DNA from: Obrimoposthia wandeli
Taxonomy: Eukaryota
Assembly (NCBI GenBank): GCA_977020255.1
Contig: CDROCS010004085.1
Coordinates: 186,001 to 250,000, forward strand
Length of the DNA stretch: 64,000 nucleotides
Direction: 5' to 3'
The translations under genes and the position numbers were made by a program. Each line of letters starts with the position of its first letter. Position 1 is the first letter of the stretch. Of the stretch, positions 60,560 through 64,000 are shown one piece after another. Below the pieces are notes generated by a model. The model had not been told where the DNA came from. It made no database searches and saw only the letters and a program-made list of their open reading frames with translations.

Positions 60560-60980
60560 GCCATGTCTCCACTTTATCGGTGAATGTTTTAGGTGAAACA
60601 AAACACATTTCACCATCTTCAATACCAACTGCAACTTGCATGGTATGTGCTTTGGTCATCCGTACTCCTGATTTTGCATCGTAAATAACGTAATCAACCC
60701 GCAGGCGATTTTCCCATTCAGTTAACGTTGCAGTAATGCGGATTTGATGATTAAACGGGATAGGTTTAACGTACTTAACCCGCGTATCAATGATCGGCCA
60801 CATATAACCAGAAGCCATCATGTCATGGTAACTGTATGCAATTTTTTCCATCAAAATACGACGAGCTTCTTCAAAGTATCGGAAGTAGTTACCGTGATAA
60901 ACCACGCCCATAGGATCAGCATCCTGGAAAGATGTCACCATAATGACGTCAGCATCTAGAGTACGGTGTTGTTCAGTCAT
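60543..60980 (-). CDS. Acyl-CoA thioesterase, 4HBT family (ApeK-like)
   Basis: FQDADPMGVVYHGNYFRYFE. Confidence 0.9.
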   Translation of the reverse strand: MTEQHRTLDADVIMVTSFQDADPMGVVYHGNYFRYFEEARRILMEKIAYSYHDMMASGYMWPIIDTRVKYVKPIPFNHQIRITATLTEWENRLRVDYVIYDAKSGVRMTKAHTMQVAVGIEDGEMCFVSPKTFTDKVETWHAGTK

Positions 60981-61024
60981 TTAAAAAAGCTCCGTGTTTG
61001 ATCATGCATCAATGATGGTGGAAA

Positions 61025-62569
61025 TCAGTAAAGATCCCAATGCTGTTGTTGGATCATCTCGATGAAATGACGGAGATCGCCTTCTAGCGGACGATCTTCA
61101 ATCACAAAGTCGAAATCACTAAGCACAGCTTTTGTCATGGATTTCAGTGCGGGACTGAAGTGATTCTCGTCGAGTTCATTATGGCGTTTGCGTAGCTCTA
61201 ACGCTTGTGTTGCCGCTAGCAGTGAAGCCGCTGTTACTTGTTCGGTTAATTGCAAAACACGTAAGCAGTCACGAGATGAAATGGTACCCATGCTGACTTT
61301 ATCTTGGTTATGACATTCAGTAGAACGCGAGAAGACACTGGCAGGCATGGTGTTTTTCAATGCTTCGGCTGTCCATGCCGAAATACCAATTTGTACCGCT
61401 TTGAAGCCGTGATTAATAGGCTTACGTTCGCCTTCTGCGCCAGTTAGATTAAACGGTAGACCATTATTAAATTTGTAGTCCATCAACTGCGCCATTTGAC
61501 GATCCAATAGATCGGCAATATTAGCAACCGCGGTTTTTAATGTGTCCATTGCCATCGCGATATGCCCGCCATAGAAGTGACCACCGTGTAGAACACGCTC
61601 GTTTTCACCATCGATGATTGGATTATCATTGGCGCTATTCAGCTCATTTTCGATCATCTGGCGTAGCCACGGTAGCGTATCTTGCAATACCCCAATTACG
61701 TGCGGTGCACAACGCAGTGAATAACGATCTTGTAGACGATCACTGTTGCGTGGTGGGGTATCGGCCTGAAGATCTGAACGTAACCAGCGCGCGATTTCTT
61801 GCTGACCTAGGTGCGGTTTTACCGCAAATAATGCTTCATCAAAATGGAAGTCATTACCATGCATACCCAAAGATACCATTGCTGTAATACGGGTAGCTAA
61901 CTTAGCAAGGTATTCGGCACGTTTGTAAGCGATACAAGCTAATGCTGTCATCACCGAAGTTCCGTTCATCAAGGCTAACCCTTCTTTGGGCTTTAGCTTG
62001 ATGGGTTTAATGCCTAATTCAGCAAATACGTCTGCGGTTGGTCGAATTTCACCTTTGTAGATAACCTCTCGTTCGCCAATTAATACAGCAGCAACATACG
62101 ATAGCGGTGTTAAATCGCCACTGGCACCGACAGAGCCTTCTTGAGGAATACGAGGTGAAATATCGTGGTTGATTAACGTTATAAGCTGATTAAGCAAATC
62201 GTGACTCACGCCTGAAAAGCCTTGAGACAAAGAACACAAACGTGTCGCTAATACTGCGCGGGCTTGCTGGTGGTCAAGATTTTCACCTAAGCCACAGCCG
62301 TGAAAACGGGTTAAGTGGAGTGGTAACTCATCAACAAGGTTGGGTGGAATCGCGACAGTGCATGAATCACCATAACCGGTAGTTACACCATAAATAACGC
62401 CTTCTTCTTTCAAAAGGCGCTCTAGAAATGCAACACTACGATCGATTTTCGCGGTGTATTCAGGGGTACTGTTCATGGCAGCTGTTGCGCCATTGGCGAT
62501 AGACATAACATCTTCAATGGTGAGACGTTCTGCGCCAAAGGTAATAGGTTGCTGTGTATTATTTGTCAT
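61025..62569 (-). CDS. Aromatic amino-acid ammonia-lyase (MIO enzyme)
   Basis: YGVTTGYG, GSVGASGDL (MIO-forming ASG), KEGLALMNG, DNP, HNQD. Start at MTNN. Confidence 0.93.
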   Translation of the reverse strand: MTNNTQQPITFGAERLTIEDVMSIANGATAAMNSTPEYTAKIDRSVAFLERLLKEEGVIYGVTTGYGDSCTVAIPPNLVDELPLHLTRFHGCGLGENLDHQQARAVLATRLCSLSQGFSGVSHDLLNQLITLINHDISPRIPQEGSVGASGDLTPLSYVAAVLIGEREVIYKGEIRPTADVFAELGIKPIKLKPKEGLALMNGTSVMTALACIAYKRAEYLAKLATRITAMVSLGMHGNDFHFDEALFAVKPHLGQQEIARWLRSDLQADTPPRNSDRLQDRYSLRCAPHVIGVLQDTLPWLRQMIENELNSANDNPIIDGENERVLHGGHFYGGHIAMAMDTLKTAVANIADLLDRQMAQLMDYKFNNGLPFNLTGAEGERKPINHGFKAVQIGISAWTAEALKNTMPASVFSRSTECHNQDKVSMGTISSRDCLRVLQLTEQVTAASLLAATQALELRKRHNELDENHFSPALKSMTKAVLSDFDFVIEDRPLEGDLRHFIEMIQQQHWDLY

Positions 62570-64000
62570 TATCTTTTCCACTTAACTGCCAGAAATTAAA
62601 GAAGTTGTACCATTGTAGTGGTGCTTTTATCGTGTAATGCTCTAAACGATTTGCATATTGATTGACCACTTGGGTAAGGGCTTCTTCACGTTGACCTCTG
62701 GGCAGTTTGATTTGTTCGCTAAAAGGTTCAAAGTAGACATCAAAGTGCGGTGTCTTTTGATTATCATCCCTAAGTCCAAATAAGAGGTAAACCGGTGCTT
62801 TTAGCACGGTTGCCAACATGAATGGACCTTGAGGAAATGGCGCTGGTTGACCAAGAAAATCAGCCCAAACAACACGTTGCTCTTTGGTAACAGAGGTGCG
62901 ATCGCCAACAATGACAATCCACTCTCCTTGTTCAATTTTTTGCTGCAGTAAAATGGCGGTATCTGGCCCAAGCGTACTGACTTGAATAAGATTGAGATCA
63001 GATTTTGTGTTAACAGCCTTCATGACGGCATTAAAACGTTCAGCATGTTCGGTAAAAACTAACGCGTTAATTTTTATATGCGTATGACGACGGCTTAATG
63101 CTCGGCAAAGTTCTAAATTGCCTAAATGGGAACCGATAATGACCACGCCACGCTGCTGTTTAACAATGCTGTCAAAATGCTCTTGACCATGTATGGTTAG
63201 GTTTTTTTCAGAAACGTCGCCGCGCCATGCTGCCAGTTTATCCAGCATGGTATGGCCAAAAGACAATAAATGGTTATAGCTACTGAGCTTGGCGGGTAAT
63301 GGTATATTCTGCTGCTGGGCGTGTTTTCTAAGTTGGTTAAGGTATTCTTCTGATGCCTTGCGCGCTTTTTTGCCTGTTAGGTAGTAATACGCCATAACTG
63401 CTTTTAATAATAAATTAAAGGCTGTACGTCCTAATAATGCATATACCGCTAGCAATGCTTTAATACCAAGGATTGTGCCGCGTTCAGTGTGCGATGACCA
63501 ATGTTGTTGCTGGCTGGATTTGCGTTTTAATAGCTTAGGAATTCGCGGCAACATGCCAAAGAATAAGCGGGTATGCATGGCGCTGATTTTCACATTGTCC
63601 CACAATGCATCGAAGTGAGATATTCCGCCTTCTGGGTAGATCACTTTGGTATCAATAAAGCGAACATCACAATCGTCCCAATACATACGAACCATGATTT
63701 CGGTATCGAAATCCATGCGTTTACCAAGACGATTACGTTCTAATATCTTGATAGTGCGGCCAATAGGATAAGAACGGAAACCACACATACTGTCTTTAAT
63801 GGTGAAAGATAGTGTTTCAATCCATACCCAAATATGCGTGGCATAACGCCCATATAAGCGTGATTTAGGCACCGATTCGTCATATACCGGTTGACCAGAA
63901 ATGAGCGCTGTAAGATGGTTTTTCGATTCCGTAATGAGTTTGGGTAACGCGTCTAAATTATGCTGCCCGTCTGCGTCGATTTGAATCGCATGGCTGAAAC
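62559..64000 (-). CDS. GT2 glycosyltransferase / lipid A-type acyltransferase fusion (ApeJ-like), 5' end outside the window
   Basis: Frame continues upstream of 63872 to the window edge (HAIQIDADGQH GT2 motif); RMDFDTE; acyltransferase SHLGN and VGDR. Confidence 0.88.
   Translation of the reverse strand, partial: FSHAIQIDADGQHNLDALPKLITESKNHLTALISGQPVYDESVPKSRLYGRYATHIWVWIETLSFTIKDSMCGFRSYPIGRTIKILERNRLGKRMDFDTEIMVRMYWDDCDVRFIDTKVIYPEGGISHFDALWDNVKISAMHTRLFFGMLPRIPKLLKRKSSQQQHWSSHTERGTILGIKALLAVYALLGRTAFNLLLKAVMAYYYLTGKKARKASEEYLNQLRKHAQQQNIPLPAKLSSYNHLLSFGHTMLDKLAAWRGDVSEKNLTIHGQEHFDSIVKQQRGVVIIGSHLGNLELCRALSRRHTHIKINALVFTEHAERFNAVMKAVNTKSDLNLIQVSTLGPDTAILLQQKIEQGEWIVIVGDRTSVTKEQRVVWADFLGQPAPFPQGPFMLATVLKAPVYLLFGLRDDNQKTPHFDVYFEPFSEQIKLPRGQREEALTQVVNQYANRLEHYTIKAPLQWYNFFNFWQLSGKDNDK

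Overview
Vibrionaceae-like DNA. Photobacterium, probably the second chromosome, is inferred from gene content and was not verified. From left to right: the end of a PHP-hydrolase/HAD/sugar-type ABC operon; a DMT/LysR pair; a tRNA-Ser(TGA) followed by tRNA-3'-end-mimicking repeat modules that bracket nupC; a TPR-rdhA-rdhB-rdhC-small ORF reductive dehalogenase operon with a perfect FNR box upstream and an AraC gene downstream; a mannosylglycerate PTS locus (mngR/mngA/mngB/manA); HlyD/DUF2955; a Cof-type HAD; a ProU-type osmolyte ABC transporter; a stand-alone enolase; a LysR with a divergent PurA paralogue; an orphan carbamate kinase; a cold-shock gene; LysR/cupin/flavin amine oxidase; a triple-domain Rid protein; trxC; and an SgrR-family regulator. 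A second identical tRNA-Ser(TGA) anchors a decayed islet containing a gene fragment with a perfect 21-bp hairpin, a Phd/RelE-type toxin-antitoxin pair, an IS903-like remnant, an apparently intact IIB-type group II intron, and Mu gpI and MCP fragments. The window ends in the 3' half of an aryl-polyene-type gene cluster that runs off the edge. The best candidates for new biology are the dehalogenase operon with its atypical accessory genes, the tRNA-linked repeat system around nupC, and the PurA paralogue. All family assignments come from motif recognition; no database searches were run.
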